Assembly (NCBI GenBank): GCA_965216565.1
Contig: OZ244170.1
Span: forward strand, 928,001-992,000
DNA: 64,000 bases
From: Bythopirellula sp.
Lineage (GTDB): Bacteria > Planctomycetota > Planctomycetia > Pirellulales > Lacipirellulaceae
Reading direction: 5' to 3'
Each line of letters begins with the position of its first letter. The first letter of the stretch is position 1. Shown here in pieces: positions 28,746-39,476 of this stretch. A program made the position numbers and the translations under genes. The notes under the pieces are model-generated. The model did no database searches. It was not told the DNA's origin and saw only the letters and a list, made by a program, of their open reading frames with translations.

Positions 28746-29474
28746 GTGGTAGCAACGAATCGAATCGCAGTCCTGCTGACCGTGATGACCATACTGTTCG
28801 CGGTACAGCAATCTCTCGCGCAGGGTCAATTCCAAGCGAACAATCGCTTTCAAACAGGTATCCCAGGCGCCGCTGGAGTGGGTGCGGACAATAATCAATT
28901 TGGCAATTCCCAAAACGGTTTCGGCCGCCAAGGCGGATTTGGCCAGAATCAGTTTGGCCAGCAGGGTCAACCGGGAGCCTTCGGCCAAGGTGGGCTACAA
29001 CAGGCTGCTCCTGGATCCGCTGAGGCCATGCGAAACGCATTTCAAAACATGTCTGGGCGTCAGCGACGACGAGCGACGTTCGATTTCGTCGTCGAGAGCC
29101 TCAACGAAATGCGCGATCAACGCCGTGAACGTAGGGAACGTCGCCGCAGGCCCGACGCCATTCGCATTCGAATTCGCCCGGCATTCACAGTCGCGCCGGT
29201 CGATGCGACACAGTTGGGTGCCGATTTGAAAGACAATCTGGACAAGTCGATTGAACTCCAAGGCTCATCGGCAGTGGCAGACGTCACGCTGGAAGGCGGC
29301 CGGGCCACGCTTACTGGCACCGTGGCCGACGATCACGAGGGAGCTGTCCTGGCAAGAATGCTCTCGATGCAACCGGGAGTTTCCGACGTCGACAACCAAC
29401 TGGTAGTTCAATCGCTGCAGACCGAAGCCCCGAGTTCGCCCGAACCAGTGTTGCCTGGCGCTGCTGAGCGATAA
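28746..29474 (+). CDS. Secreted BON-domain protein with a Gly/Gln/Phe-rich region
   Basis: Signal peptide, GQ-rich low-complexity stretch and C-terminal ATLTGTV...PGVSDVDNQLVV. Confidence 0.8.
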   Translation: MVATNRIAVLLTVMTILFAVQQSLAQGQFQANNRFQTGIPGAAGVGADNNQFGNSQNGFGRQGGFGQNQFGQQGQPGAFGQGGLQQAAPGSAEAMRNAFQNMSGRQRRRATFDFVVESLNEMRDQRRERRERRRRPDAIRIRIRPAFTVAPVDATQLGADLKDNLDKSIELQGSSAVADVTLEGGRATLTGTVADDHEGAVLARMLSMQPGVSDVDNQLVVQSLQTEAPSSPEPVLPGAAER

Positions 29475-29490
29475 CAGTAGGTGAGCTGTC

Positions 29491-31140
29491 TCATTCTAGA
29501 GTGACCGGTCCATCGAGGCCCAAGGCAGCCCCGTAGTCCGCTCTGGCAATGTGATACTCCAAGAGGGCTGCAACTTTCTCAGATGCCGCCTCCGCCGCTT
29601 GCTTCTCTCGGATGTTGAGATTGAATAGCGTGCTTTGCCCTAATTCAAATCGCTGCTGCTCTGCCTCCTGCATTTGCTGGGCAAGCTCGTAGCTTTCCGT
29701 CGCTCGGATCACGCGTTGATGGGCTGCTTCTATCGCCGCACGTGCAATTTGAACTTCGGCTGAGATTTTGTCAGCGGTAAACCGGTTCTTGGCTCGAACC
29801 TGTGCGAGCTTGCCCTGCAGGCTGCGGATCTTTCCATACGCTTTGCGGCGTTCAATAGGGACTGAGACCGTCATCAACGCTTCTAACTCAAACTCCGACT
29901 TATCGCGTTTGGCACTGGTTGGTTCCCCTACGTCTTGTTTGACGAACACCCCGGCATCGACATCGGGTAGCGTCTCATTATTGGCTTGGCGAAGTGCAAC
30001 GCGAAGTTGCTGACTCACGATTTGCAGCTCCGTGAGCTCAGGGCGCCTAGCAAGGGCCAGATTGATATCGTCAGGATCAAGAATCAGGTTCGCTACATCG
30101 TTGCTTTGGAGCGTCTGGGAGTAGAACCCATTGCGGAACGAGTTGGGATCGACGAGCACTGGGTCGCCACCGTAGGTCCGGTAGAACAAGGATAGCTTTA
30201 CGGTAGCCTGTTGCAACTTGCGCTGAGCGTCAATGAGCTTTGCCTCGCGAGAGACAATGATCCGTCGGTTATCGACAAGATCGATTGGGGCTTTCTCTTG
30301 AGCTTCGACTTGAGCTTCCAGTGCTTCGGTGCGCTCTTCAGCCAGCTCGAGCAAATCGATGGCAATCTGCTCGTTCGCCCCAGCGCCTACCCATTGCCAA
30401 TAGGCCACGCTGCCATCGCGAACATATCGGATAACTTGGGCCAGAATCTCAGGCTCGACCCGACTGCGTTCCAGTTGAGCCTGCCACAGTTCTGATCGAT
30501 TGGAGTCTATGTCCCGATCACGAATCACCGGTGCCAAGAAGCCCGCCTTGAACTCGCCCCCTTTATTTGTTTCACGTTCCAGGTACCAGGGCTCGAACAC
30601 TCCCCGTCCGATCCGATAGCCAGCAAAGGTCTGTCCGCCCCAAGTTGTATCTCGCTTGACTCCGATGCTGTGGCGGTAGTTCTCATAAAAATCGAGTGGC
30701 TGCGATTCCGTAAAGGCTTCCAGCTTATGATCAAATGCACCCGAAGCAGACAGAGCCTGGCCCGAAGCGATCCGGCGTTCGGCGATCGCTTGCATGATCA
30801 GCGGGAAATGATTGCGGACCGATTCGGTGACCGATTGAAGTGAGATGTCTGTTGGGATCGGAGTAGCAACTACTTCCGGCAACGGTTCTAAATCAGCTGG
30901 TAACAGAGAGTCTGCATCGTCCGGCTCTCTGAACTCCGGCATCCCTGAATCTTCAGACTGAAATGCGACCGGCAAGATGGTTGGCGACTGCACGCTTGAA
31001 GTCGGAACGTCCGTTCCCACTGTCTGGGCGGTAGTCGTACTGCTGGGGAAATCAGCTTGCCGCTTCGCGCCTGATCTGCAGCCCACCGCGCATAACGCGA
31101 GCGCAATGGTAATACAGGTCCTAGCACTTATCGATAGCAC
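29491..31140 (-). CDS. TolC-family outer membrane efflux lipoprotein (start uncertain, 31140-31176)
   Basis: Lipobox CAVG-C, OEP helical repeats and EQQRFELGQSTLF..N.RE. Lies downstream of the HlyD gene. Confidence 0.85.
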   Translation of the reverse strand: MLSISARTCITIALALCAVGCRSGAKRQADFPSSTTTAQTVGTDVPTSSVQSPTILPVAFQSEDSGMPEFREPDDADSLLPADLEPLPEVVATPIPTDISLQSVTESVRNHFPLIMQAIAERRIASGQALSASGAFDHKLEAFTESQPLDFYENYRHSIGVKRDTTWGGQTFAGYRIGRGVFEPWYLERETNKGGEFKAGFLAPVIRDRDIDSNRSELWQAQLERSRVEPEILAQVIRYVRDGSVAYWQWVGAGANEQIAIDLLELAEERTEALEAQVEAQEKAPIDLVDNRRIIVSREAKLIDAQRKLQQATVKLSLFYRTYGGDPVLVDPNSFRNGFYSQTLQSNDVANLILDPDDINLALARRPELTELQIVSQQLRVALRQANNETLPDVDAGVFVKQDVGEPTSAKRDKSEFELEALMTVSVPIERRKAYGKIRSLQGKLAQVRAKNRFTADKISAEVQIARAAIEAAHQRVIRATESYELAQQMQEAEQQRFELGQSTLFNLNIREKQAAEAASEKVAALLEYHIARADYGAALGLDGPVTLE

Positions 31141-31291
31141 GAATCCAACCTCTTGATAGCATTCCGGGTCCGCCAACCCAGACGAAAAGACGCAATCGTA
31201 TTTGGTAATTATCGGCCTCAGGCCGCGGAAATTAGCGGTGGAAACTCATTTTTAAACGTTCCCAGCCAAGAGAATTGGCCCCAAGTGATAG

Positions 31292-32743
31292 CTAGAGCTT
31301 CACTTTGGGTGGCTTAGACGCTTTTTGGTCGTTTTTCGATTTCAGCGACTGTGGGAATCCGTTCATCCGGCGCCACAACTCGTAGCCCAGCGGAACTTGG
31401 TCCAACAGTACCCAGCCATGGACCCGCACCCCTTGGCGTAGATAAGGATACTCGGGCCAAGGGTTGTCATCTTCGTCGGGGACGACCACCACGCGAAACT
31501 TACCAGCTCCGTCGTCCGTCGGATCGACCAATGCAACTGTTCCGCCAAATGTGCCAATCGCCACACTAGGCCAGCCAGAGAATTGGGCTGCAGGCCAACC
31601 TTCAAACTGCAACCGTACGGGACGACCTGGATCGATCAACGGGGCATCGTTGCCGTTCACCCAAATCTGAACAGCAGGTTTGTCTGTCTCTGGAACGATC
31701 GTGAACAAGGGATCGCCTTGTTTAACAATTGCCGATTTGTCGTAGGCGACAAGACGCATGATATAACCGTCACGGGGAGCAACAACTTCTTGAGTCTCCT
31801 GGCGAGCTAGCTGTGTTTCGAGCTTCGCAAGCGAATTCTTCGTTTTGCTGATCTCTTCACGTGTCTTGGTGATCTCGATCTCTGCCTTGGAGACATCGCT
31901 CTTCGACTTCTCAAGCTCGGACAAGACTTTGTTAATTTTCCCTTCCCATTCTTGACGCTTAGCTTCACGGTCCTTTTGCTTCGCCGAGACTTCATTTTCC
32001 GCGGCATTCACATATTGCTGGGCCATTGCCTGCTTGGCTTTTGCTTGGCGAAGTTTTAGATCCGCTTCTTGAAATTTAAGCCCCGTCTCTAGACCTTTCT
32101 CGCTCAATTGCTTCTTGCGCTGAAAGTCCAGGTCGGCCTGCCAAACCGCGTCCGTTGCGGCTTGTAGCCCTTCGCGTTCAGCGGCGAGTTTATTCGTTGC
32201 CATCTCCACATAGGCTGCGGCAGCCGAAAGTGATTCTATCTGGCCCGCTCGGACAGACGAAATCTCTTCTTCCTTGGCGGCAACCACTCGCGTGTTTGCC
32301 GATAGCTGCTCGGTAGTTCGCTCTAACCTCTGCTTAGCTGCATCCAGCTGATCTTGCGTATTGGTAACTTGCTCGCGGAGCCGCGACAGGTATTGGGGAT
32401 CTTGGTCGGCGATTCGATAAATCAATTGCCCTTTCGTTACCCGTGCGTTCTCGGCAACTCCTTCGCCAATTTCAGCGATCACTCCTTTGACAGGAGCTTG
32501 CACAGCTTGCGGTCGATTGACGGGATCGAAGGCCACTACCGACCCGTCTCCTTTGATGTTCTGCTGCCAGGGTGCAAACACCATCGCAACGAGAGCAATC
32601 ACCATGAATAGAACCAGCCACTTCGCAACGCGACGAGCGAGCCGCACGGAGCGCGCCAACCGCAACGCCGGAAATTCGTGCTCGCTATAGGCGACCTCCG
32701 CCAAAGCCTCGCTGGCTTGTTGTTGTTCGGCTGCAGTGCTCAT
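31292..32743 (-). CDS. HlyD-family membrane fusion protein
   Basis: N-terminal TM segment ending in PWQQ, lipoyl half-motifs (APVKGVI, APRDGYI), a long coiled coil and VRLQFEGWPA. Confidence 0.9.
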   Translation of the reverse strand: MSTAAEQQQASEALAEVAYSEHEFPALRLARSVRLARRVAKWLVLFMVIALVAMVFAPWQQNIKGDGSVVAFDPVNRPQAVQAPVKGVIAEIGEGVAENARVTKGQLIYRIADQDPQYLSRLREQVTNTQDQLDAAKQRLERTTEQLSANTRVVAAKEEEISSVRAGQIESLSAAAAYVEMATNKLAAEREGLQAATDAVWQADLDFQRKKQLSEKGLETGLKFQEADLKLRQAKAKQAMAQQYVNAAENEVSAKQKDREAKRQEWEGKINKVLSELEKSKSDVSKAEIEITKTREEISKTKNSLAKLETQLARQETQEVVAPRDGYIMRLVAYDKSAIVKQGDPLFTIVPETDKPAVQIWVNGNDAPLIDPGRPVRLQFEGWPAAQFSGWPSVAIGTFGGTVALVDPTDDGAGKFRVVVVPDEDDNPWPEYPYLRQGVRVHGWVLLDQVPLGYELWRRMNGFPQSLKSKNDQKASKPPKVKL

Positions 32744-34884
32744 GCCACAACTCCTGAATCCGAACTTGGTTTGCTCTTTGCTGAATCGGCCGGCGAATCG
32801 ATCAAAATAACCTTGGCGAACTGCTCCGCCACAGCACGTCGATTTGTCGCGACAAGCAGGGTAAATTGCTGTGCTTCATCTTGGAGCATTTCGCACACTC
32901 CCTGAAGCTGAACATCTGCCAGAACGTCCAACGCACCATCAATGAGTAACAATCGTGGCCGACCAGCGATTGCCCGCGCCAGCATCAGCAATTGCCGATG
33001 AGTTGCCAGTAGCTTTAAACCAGCGGGCTTCAGTTGAGTATCGAGCCCATCGGGAAGTCGCAACACATCGTCCAACAAGCCGACAGCATACAAAGCACTT
33101 CGCACGTCGGTCATGCTGATGGCCGCACGTCCTAGTTGGATGTTCTCTGCAATAGTGCCTTCAAAAATCTCGATGCCTCGTACCAACGTGACTGCCTTGC
33201 GGAGAACATCGGGGCGTAAGTCGCGCGGATCGGCATTTTCGATGACCACATGTCCCGTATCTGCGGCTCGCAACCCGTAGAGAATATCGAAAAGGTCATT
33301 GGACCCTGCATTTTCCGAACTCAGCAAAGCAACATGATCGCCCGCCTCCATTTCCAGAGATAGCCCTTTCGCTAACCAGGCACCGGCATCATTGTCGCTT
33401 ACATCCGTAATCCTCAAACGCACTCCTTCATCGGTGCGAAAGGCTAGCAAGCCATCTTGGGGCTCAATTCTCAAGTCGAATAGATAGCCAAGTTTGTCGA
33501 CCGATGCGACCACATCGTAGAAGCCCTCGATGTGTTTTCCCATCTTTGTCAAAGAGTTGAGAATCGTTGCAACAATCAGTTCTGCCGCGACTAGCTGCCC
33601 GATAGTTAGTTGTCCTTGAATTACGAGCCAGCCACCAAACCCAAGCAAGATTGTGCCGGCGAACGCTTGCAATCCTAAAAGGAATAGGAGCTGACGAAAT
33701 AGCACCTTGAAATGACTTCGGCGCGTATCGAGGTAGGCGGAGGTGACCAGATTGGCCCGATCCAAGGCAAACTCCGCAGCTCCGGAAGACTTAAAGGTGA
33801 TGGAGCAACGCATCAAGTCTTCCAGCCAACTGGCCAGACGATATTTCTCCTTCGATTCGTCGATCCCCGTGCTAATGGCACCCCGGCCTAGAGCCACCAA
33901 GCCACCTGAAACAATCAGCAAAAGGAGCACATCAAAACCAAGTAACCAAGGATGATAAAATGCCAGCACCGCCATACCAACAATCGTTGCCAAAACAATG
34001 GTTATGCCGTCCAGCAACAACTGAGCGACAACCTTCTGGAGGGTAACAATATCGAAAAAGCGATTCGCCAACTCTGGCCCATACTTCCCATCTAGGGAAG
34101 ATTGGCTGACGCGAGGAAATCGATAGGCCAAGTCTGCCGCAACCCGCGCAAACAGCCTGCGCTGGATGATTTCGACGAGAAATGTTTGCACCGCTTTCAT
34201 CAAGCCGGCGAATGTAAGAAACCCGAATAGCATGAGCGACAAGATCACCAGAGGCTGAATCAGCCGGCCAAAGGTCACCATGTTCACCAGCGATTCCACG
34301 GCAATTGGAGTGGCCAAGCTGAGCACGCTGGCGAAGAAGGCGAAAACGCCGATCACCCACATGTCAGACCATTCTGGCTTGAGGAGAGCGGCGAAACGAG
34401 CGATCGGTCGGTGATGGAACGAGGCAGTTGGCTCGTGGCTTACTTCCAAGTCTTCAACAATCAGCCAGCGAAATGTCGTTTCTGAAGAATCTGCGGAAAC
34501 GAGTGCGGCAAACTCTCCATTTGCTCGCACGACTTTCTTTTCCTTATCTGCGCAAGCAACCCGTACTTTTTTCCCATCGGAATCGAGCACAATGATGGCC
34601 GCTTGTTGGTCGTGCGAGTACCCTACAACCAGGGCCCCGTCTTCCACCAAACTCAATGCGTCCTCAAGAGATAGCTCTGCAAGTTTCGATCTGAGCTCCA
34701 AGCACCGCAGACCTTCCGCTAGCCACTTCGGCCACAGCTTGCTGGGTTCACCGGGCCACGCCTCTTGCGCCTCGGCAATTAGCTGCTCCGCGCGAAGACG
34801 CTCAATACCGATGCCCCGCTCTCTGGTAATCCGAACCAAAGTGGCTGCTAGATTAGAACCGGTTTGGCTAGCATCTGATGACAT
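32740..34884 (-). CDS. Type I secretion-type ABC transporter (N-terminal accessory domain, TMD, degenerate NBD)
   Basis: ABC membrane domain (ELANRFFDI, GQLVAAELIV). The NBD retains IFEGTIAENI and LARAI..P.LLLID, but Walker A and B are degenerate. Confidence 0.88.
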   Translation of the reverse strand: MSSDASQTGSNLAATLVRITRERGIGIERLRAEQLIAEAQEAWPGEPSKLWPKWLAEGLRCLELRSKLAELSLEDALSLVEDGALVVGYSHDQQAAIIVLDSDGKKVRVACADKEKKVVRANGEFAALVSADSSETTFRWLIVEDLEVSHEPTASFHHRPIARFAALLKPEWSDMWVIGVFAFFASVLSLATPIAVESLVNMVTFGRLIQPLVILSLMLFGFLTFAGLMKAVQTFLVEIIQRRLFARVAADLAYRFPRVSQSSLDGKYGPELANRFFDIVTLQKVVAQLLLDGITIVLATIVGMAVLAFYHPWLLGFDVLLLLIVSGGLVALGRGAISTGIDESKEKYRLASWLEDLMRCSITFKSSGAAEFALDRANLVTSAYLDTRRSHFKVLFRQLLFLLGLQAFAGTILLGFGGWLVIQGQLTIGQLVAAELIVATILNSLTKMGKHIEGFYDVVASVDKLGYLFDLRIEPQDGLLAFRTDEGVRLRITDVSDNDAGAWLAKGLSLEMEAGDHVALLSSENAGSNDLFDILYGLRAADTGHVVIENADPRDLRPDVLRKAVTLVRGIEIFEGTIAENIQLGRAAISMTDVRSALYAVGLLDDVLRLPDGLDTQLKPAGLKLLATHRQLLMLARAIAGRPRLLLIDGALDVLADVQLQGVCEMLQDEAQQFTLLVATNRRAVAEQFAKVILIDSPADSAKSKPSSDSGVVA

Positions 34885-35268
34885 TCGTGTGAAACTTCTA
34901 CTGATTTGAGCTGTACACTTCGATGATCAAGGTAAGTGCACAGAGTTTGGGGTGGGATCTTGGCGAGGCAAGTTGGTTAGCGATGCGAATTCTCGTCAAT
35001 GATCTAAGTTTAGTCTTTCCAAGGGGTGGCATAAACACTGAATCGACTGGCTAGACACTCAGGTTGACACACCCGAGCGAATCTTGGTCTTCTTTTTGAA
35101 CTTATCTAGCAGGCAAATAGAGGCAGCTTCAATAGATCCTTGGACCTTTCATAAGTGCTGAACGTTTCCTGGACACTACCTGGCACAAGCTTTGTAATCC
35201 TCGTGCGGAATATTGGTTAATCAAAGTCGTCAGCCTGAAATCGTTCACATGTGTGTTCGACTTGCCAG

Positions 35269-36015
35269 TTATTTTCCCTGCCGCAGCCTCTCGGCAAGCG
35301 ATGCGGCAGGACTATCTTTACCTAGCCGTTTTGGCAGGCGGATGCTGGTCGTTTGTAGTTCTCGCTTTTGCCCTTGCGGAATCGTCTGCAGCGACTTGCG
35401 GAGTTCTTCGATCGAAGCGGTCGACTCTTGGAAGTTGGTGAGTTGGACGCCGTCGTCAGAGAGCGTTGTGGGGGCCTTGCTTTCGGCGAGCTGATGCCCG
35501 GGCAGGAGGTGGCTGGTTTGATCGCCGACTATCAGCGGCCCGCCGCGGGGTTCGAATCGTGCGATCAGGCTCACGTTTTTCATGCTGCCCCCTACTTCGT
35601 CCCAGGGCAGCCAGACGCTGTAGGATGGCCCCAGCGAACTTTCGCTTTGATGTTTCACGAATTGAGCGGCCGGAAAGATATACCGTCGGGTCGGTTCAGC
35701 GGTGCTCGGGTTGCCATCCGACTCGTCGTAGGCGTAGACGACCAACTGGCCATCGACGGGCACAGGCTCTTTCCCCTCGCGGGTGAAGAACATGATGCGA
35801 CCACCAAATCCTCTCTTAGATTGCTGGCCCGGGACGTTTAGAATGGTGTCGGTCCAAGTGCTGACCAAGCGTGCCGGAACCTGCGGATCGGCCTTGTCGG
35901 CCTTCCACCACATAACCTTGCTGACGCTCATACTCGGGGCCTTGAGCGAACTACATCCGCTTGTGATAGCAAAGAGCAGCAGCAGGCGGGTCGAAAAACG
36001 GAAATATCGTTTCAT
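35269..36015 (-). CDS. Lipoprotein downstream of the secretin (possible pilotin/accessory factor)
   Basis: Lipobox ITSG-C; starts 9 nt after the gspD stop. Confidence 0.7.
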   Translation of the reverse strand: MKRYFRFSTRLLLLFAITSGCSSLKAPSMSVSKVMWWKADKADPQVPARLVSTWTDTILNVPGQQSKRGFGGRIMFFTREGKEPVPVDGQLVVYAYDESDGNPSTAEPTRRYIFPAAQFVKHQSESSLGPSYSVWLPWDEVGGSMKNVSLIARFEPRGGPLIVGDQTSHLLPGHQLAESKAPTTLSDDGVQLTNFQESTASIEELRKSLQTIPQGQKRELQTTSIRLPKRLGKDSPAASLAERLRQGK

Positions 36016-36023
36016 GATTTACA

Positions 36024-39000
36024 CTACGGGTTGTGTGCCTCGTTTTCGGGGACACTAAATGTAGGCATCATCTCTTCAGTCGGTACTGCATCGGGGTAGA
36101 TCGTTTCCGCCTGGGCGGCACCAGCCCGATCGCTCCGACTCCGCAATCCTGCCGGCCCATGCAGATCGACCACATCGCTAAGGCACCAGCTCATCCGGGC
36201 CGATTCCACCTGATTGAGCATTTCATTCTCGAATCGGCTCCGCACGACATGGGGGGTGAGGACGATCAAGAGCTCCCGACGATCGGTCGATACCGAATCG
36301 AACCGGAAGAGATCGCCCAGCAGGGGAATATCGGCCAAAATCGGCACCCGGCGATGCAGGGCGTTGTCTTCCTTGGTAATCAATCCGCTCAGCACCACGG
36401 TCTGTCCACTCACGGCGCTGACAGTGGTTTCCGCAGCGATACTATCCACGATCGGGGACAAAATCGGATCGCCATTCGGGGCGATTGCCACGGGAACACC
36501 TTGATTCAACGGCAAGAGCCGATCGTTGGTGGCTAACACTCGCATCACCACGAGGTTATCGGGGCTAATGCGGGGCGTGACATTTAGGTTCAAACCCACC
36601 TGTTGCCGATCGATAGTGTTTTGCGGCGTCCCTGCCAGGCTAATTTCGCTGCCTGTGATAAAGGGAACAATCTGTCCGACGAACGCTGATCCGGTTTGAT
36701 TATCCAACGCCATAATTTGCGGGCGGCTCAATACTTCCATCCGCCGCGATTCTTGCAGGGCACGCAGCAACATATTCACGCTATTGCTACTGGCCGAGAG
36801 CACCAAGCCGCCAAACCCGCCTTCGCTGCTCACGCGATTGACGCCGAAACTGGAAAGTCCCTGCGCTCCCACAGATCCAGCAGTGGCCAGCGAGGTATTG
36901 CTTCCTGAGTTCCCCAGAGCTGTGCCGGGATCGCCAAAGTTAAATCCTGGAGTCAATGTAGCCGCTTGAATTATGTCTTGGGTGACGGTATTCAAGTTTC
37001 CGCCATCTTGGATAGAGGTTGTGTTGGTCGTGGTGACCAATTCCCCCAATAAGCTGCGGTCGAATAACACCGAGTCCTGCAAACCAAGTTCGACGCCAAA
37101 TTCGTCGAGATCGCCGAGCGATATCTCAGCGATGAGAACCTGGATCATGACCATCGCATCTTGCTTGTCGATTTCAGCAATCAGCCGGGCGACCTCTTCG
37201 TAGTATCTTGGCGTCGCCGAAACAATCAAGCTATTGCTGGAAGGCTCGGCGACGATCACGACTTCTCGCTCTATTTGCTGGAATGGACTGGCGAGGCCCG
37301 GGGCGGTGCCTTGCACCTGAGATTCGGCACGCAACCAGGCGTTGAGAGCTACCGCCACCTCATCAGCAAACTTGTTCTTCAGTCGATAGACCCGATTCTG
37401 CCGTTGTCGAGTATCTGCCGAATCGAGTGTTCGGAGGATTGCCTCCACCGTGATTAGGTCCTCATTGCTTCCAGCGGCAATGATACTATTGGTACGTTCG
37501 TCGACTTCCACGCGCAGTGCGTTCAGATCTTGCTCGTCGTTATTTCCGCCACCTTCTTCGCCAGAGCCGAAGATCCCCATCAACATTTCCGATAGCGAAA
37601 CCGCGTCGCCATTGACCACCGTGAAGACCCGCAGTTCTATTCCCACCTCTGGAACTTGATCGAGTTGAGTGATCAACGATTCGAGCAAATCCATGGTTTT
37701 GGGGGGTGCCGAGACGATCAAAGCGTTGGCACCACTATTGGCGGTCACCCGAGAACCAGCCAACACGCCAGACTTGAGTTGCTCGCGGCCTGCGGCGTCG
37801 ATGGTAGTAAATTGCAATAGCTGCGAGAGGTTTGCCCCGTCCGTGTCGTCGTCACGTTCAAAGGCGTCTTGCAATACGTCCTCAAGTTCTTCAGCCAGCA
37901 CATTCTTCAATCTGAATACGCGAAGTTCATTGACGGTATCGCTACCTTCGCGATCAAGATCTTTTATTAACGCCCGGATTTCGTGCATGTCGCGAGGACT
38001 CGCACGTACGATCAACGAATTGGTCCGGCTATCGGCAATGACCAACGCCTTGGGCCCTAAGGTTGTGGTGCCTTCGCTGGGCTGGCTGGCGAACAAGTCG
38101 GCCAATACTTCTTGTGCATCGCTGGCCTGGGCGAACTCCAAGCGAAAAAGCTCGTACTGGGTTAGTTCTTTGCCCGGCTTATCGAGTTGTTTCAAGATCT
38201 CTAGCGCCTTATCTACCGTCGTGGGCGAGCCAACCAGCAGCACCGCATTCGGATTCACCAGCGGTACGACGACCAGGTTTCCGTAGCCGTACCGTCTTGT
38301 GAGGGATTCATCGAAGACATTTTGGAGCAGCGCGGCCAGGGCTTGCGATTCGACAAACTGAAGCTCGACAACATCCACTCTCGGCTCGCTTACGGCCGAT
38401 AAGCGTTCGATGTCCCGAATCACATTCATCACGCGCTCGGTGTCAGCCGCATTGCCGCGGATTACGAGAATATCGGTACCATCAACGGTCTCAACTTGTA
38501 CAGGACCGAGGAGACTATCTGTTTGCTGGGTATTGCTACCTTCAGTTTGTGCTTGAACGGTTTGAGCAATCGGCCGTTGTCGGAGGACATCGATCGCTTG
38601 TTTTGTCTTGCCCGCCTTATCTTTGGAGGTGGCAATAAGCTCTGTCTTTGTTCCCGGTTTGCTGGGGGTGTCGAGAACCGTTAGGACTCGCTTCCAAGAG
38701 GCGACACGTTCCGCCGAGCCATGAATCTGTACTTCGCCCGTCTGTTTACTCGCCCATAGATAGACCGACTCTTGCTGTTCCAGTCCGACGTAGAAACCAA
38801 GCCATTGTTTCGTCGGATCGGATTTGACAGAAATCGGCTTACCGGTGACTCTTTCCAACCGACTATGGAGTTCCACGGCACCGAGGGTCTCTAGCTTGAT
38901 AGTCTCAGACACAGTTTGTGGCTTTTCATTAGCCACATCGAATCGGCTGACGATTGTGGCAATCTTTTCATGAATCCGCGCAGGGGCTGCGATGATCAAA

Positions 39001-39308
39001 CGATTCGCAGCTTCGTCGGCGAGTAGCTGTGCTAGGGATGCATCGTCGGCCAGAGCCTCCGTGATATGTTTCTGGGCTTCTACTGGTTTCAAATGGCTGA
39101 GGGCGTAGACGCGTGTTTCCGTCGGAGGAGGTGGCGCAGGCAGTAGGGCTGGCTGTGCGTAGGTCTGCAGCACCATTTGAGCCAGGCCAGCAAATACCAG
39201 CGCAGCTACAAAGATGCGTTTAGAACTAAGTCGGGACGAACAAATTGTGCCTGGTAACGGCAACATACCAAGTTCCTGCGTCTGAGGTACTGCAGAGCCG
39301 TCGCGCAC
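36024..39308 (-). CDS. gspD: Type II secretion secretin (start uncertain)
   Basis: Multiple N3-type repeats (ADSRTNSLIV, DERTNSII), VMIQVLIAE, VLSRPQIMALDNQ and VPILADIPLLGDLFR..RELLIVLTPHVV. Confidence 0.92.
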   Translation of the reverse strand: MRDGSAVPQTQELGMLPLPGTICSSRLSSKRIFVAALVFAGLAQMVLQTYAQPALLPAPPPPTETRVYALSHLKPVEAQKHITEALADDASLAQLLADEAANRLIIAAPARIHEKIATIVSRFDVANEKPQTVSETIKLETLGAVELHSRLERVTGKPISVKSDPTKQWLGFYVGLEQQESVYLWASKQTGEVQIHGSAERVASWKRVLTVLDTPSKPGTKTELIATSKDKAGKTKQAIDVLRQRPIAQTVQAQTEGSNTQQTDSLLGPVQVETVDGTDILVIRGNAADTERVMNVIRDIERLSAVSEPRVDVVELQFVESQALAALLQNVFDESLTRRYGYGNLVVVPLVNPNAVLLVGSPTTVDKALEILKQLDKPGKELTQYELFRLEFAQASDAQEVLADLFASQPSEGTTTLGPKALVIADSRTNSLIVRASPRDMHEIRALIKDLDREGSDTVNELRVFRLKNVLAEELEDVLQDAFERDDDTDGANLSQLLQFTTIDAAGREQLKSGVLAGSRVTANSGANALIVSAPPKTMDLLESLITQLDQVPEVGIELRVFTVVNGDAVSLSEMLMGIFGSGEEGGGNNDEQDLNALRVEVDERTNSIIAAGSNEDLITVEAILRTLDSADTRQRQNRVYRLKNKFADEVAVALNAWLRAESQVQGTAPGLASPFQQIEREVVIVAEPSSNSLIVSATPRYYEEVARLIAEIDKQDAMVMIQVLIAEISLGDLDEFGVELGLQDSVLFDRSLLGELVTTTNTTSIQDGGNLNTVTQDIIQAATLTPGFNFGDPGTALGNSGSNTSLATAGSVGAQGLSSFGVNRVSSEGGFGGLVLSASSNSVNMLLRALQESRRMEVLSRPQIMALDNQTGSAFVGQIVPFITGSEISLAGTPQNTIDRQQVGLNLNVTPRISPDNLVVMRVLATNDRLLPLNQGVPVAIAPNGDPILSPIVDSIAAETTVSAVSGQTVVLSGLITKEDNALHRRVPILADIPLLGDLFRFDSVSTDRRELLIVLTPHVVRSRFENEMLNQVESARMSWCLSDVVDLHGPAGLRSRSDRAGAAQAETIYPDAVPTEEMMPTFSVPENEAHNP

Positions 39309-39476
39309 TGCGCCTACCGGTCGCTACAAACGGTATATTCGTCAAGGTTTACCAACCGACGCCAGCATATTCGCGGGAGGAGGAAGGTTTTAAGCGGAAG
39401 CAAACCTTGCCGAATGCAATGAATGCACCGTAACGACGCTGACGCTCGAGAAAGGAGCTCGAATCGAACGTGGATG

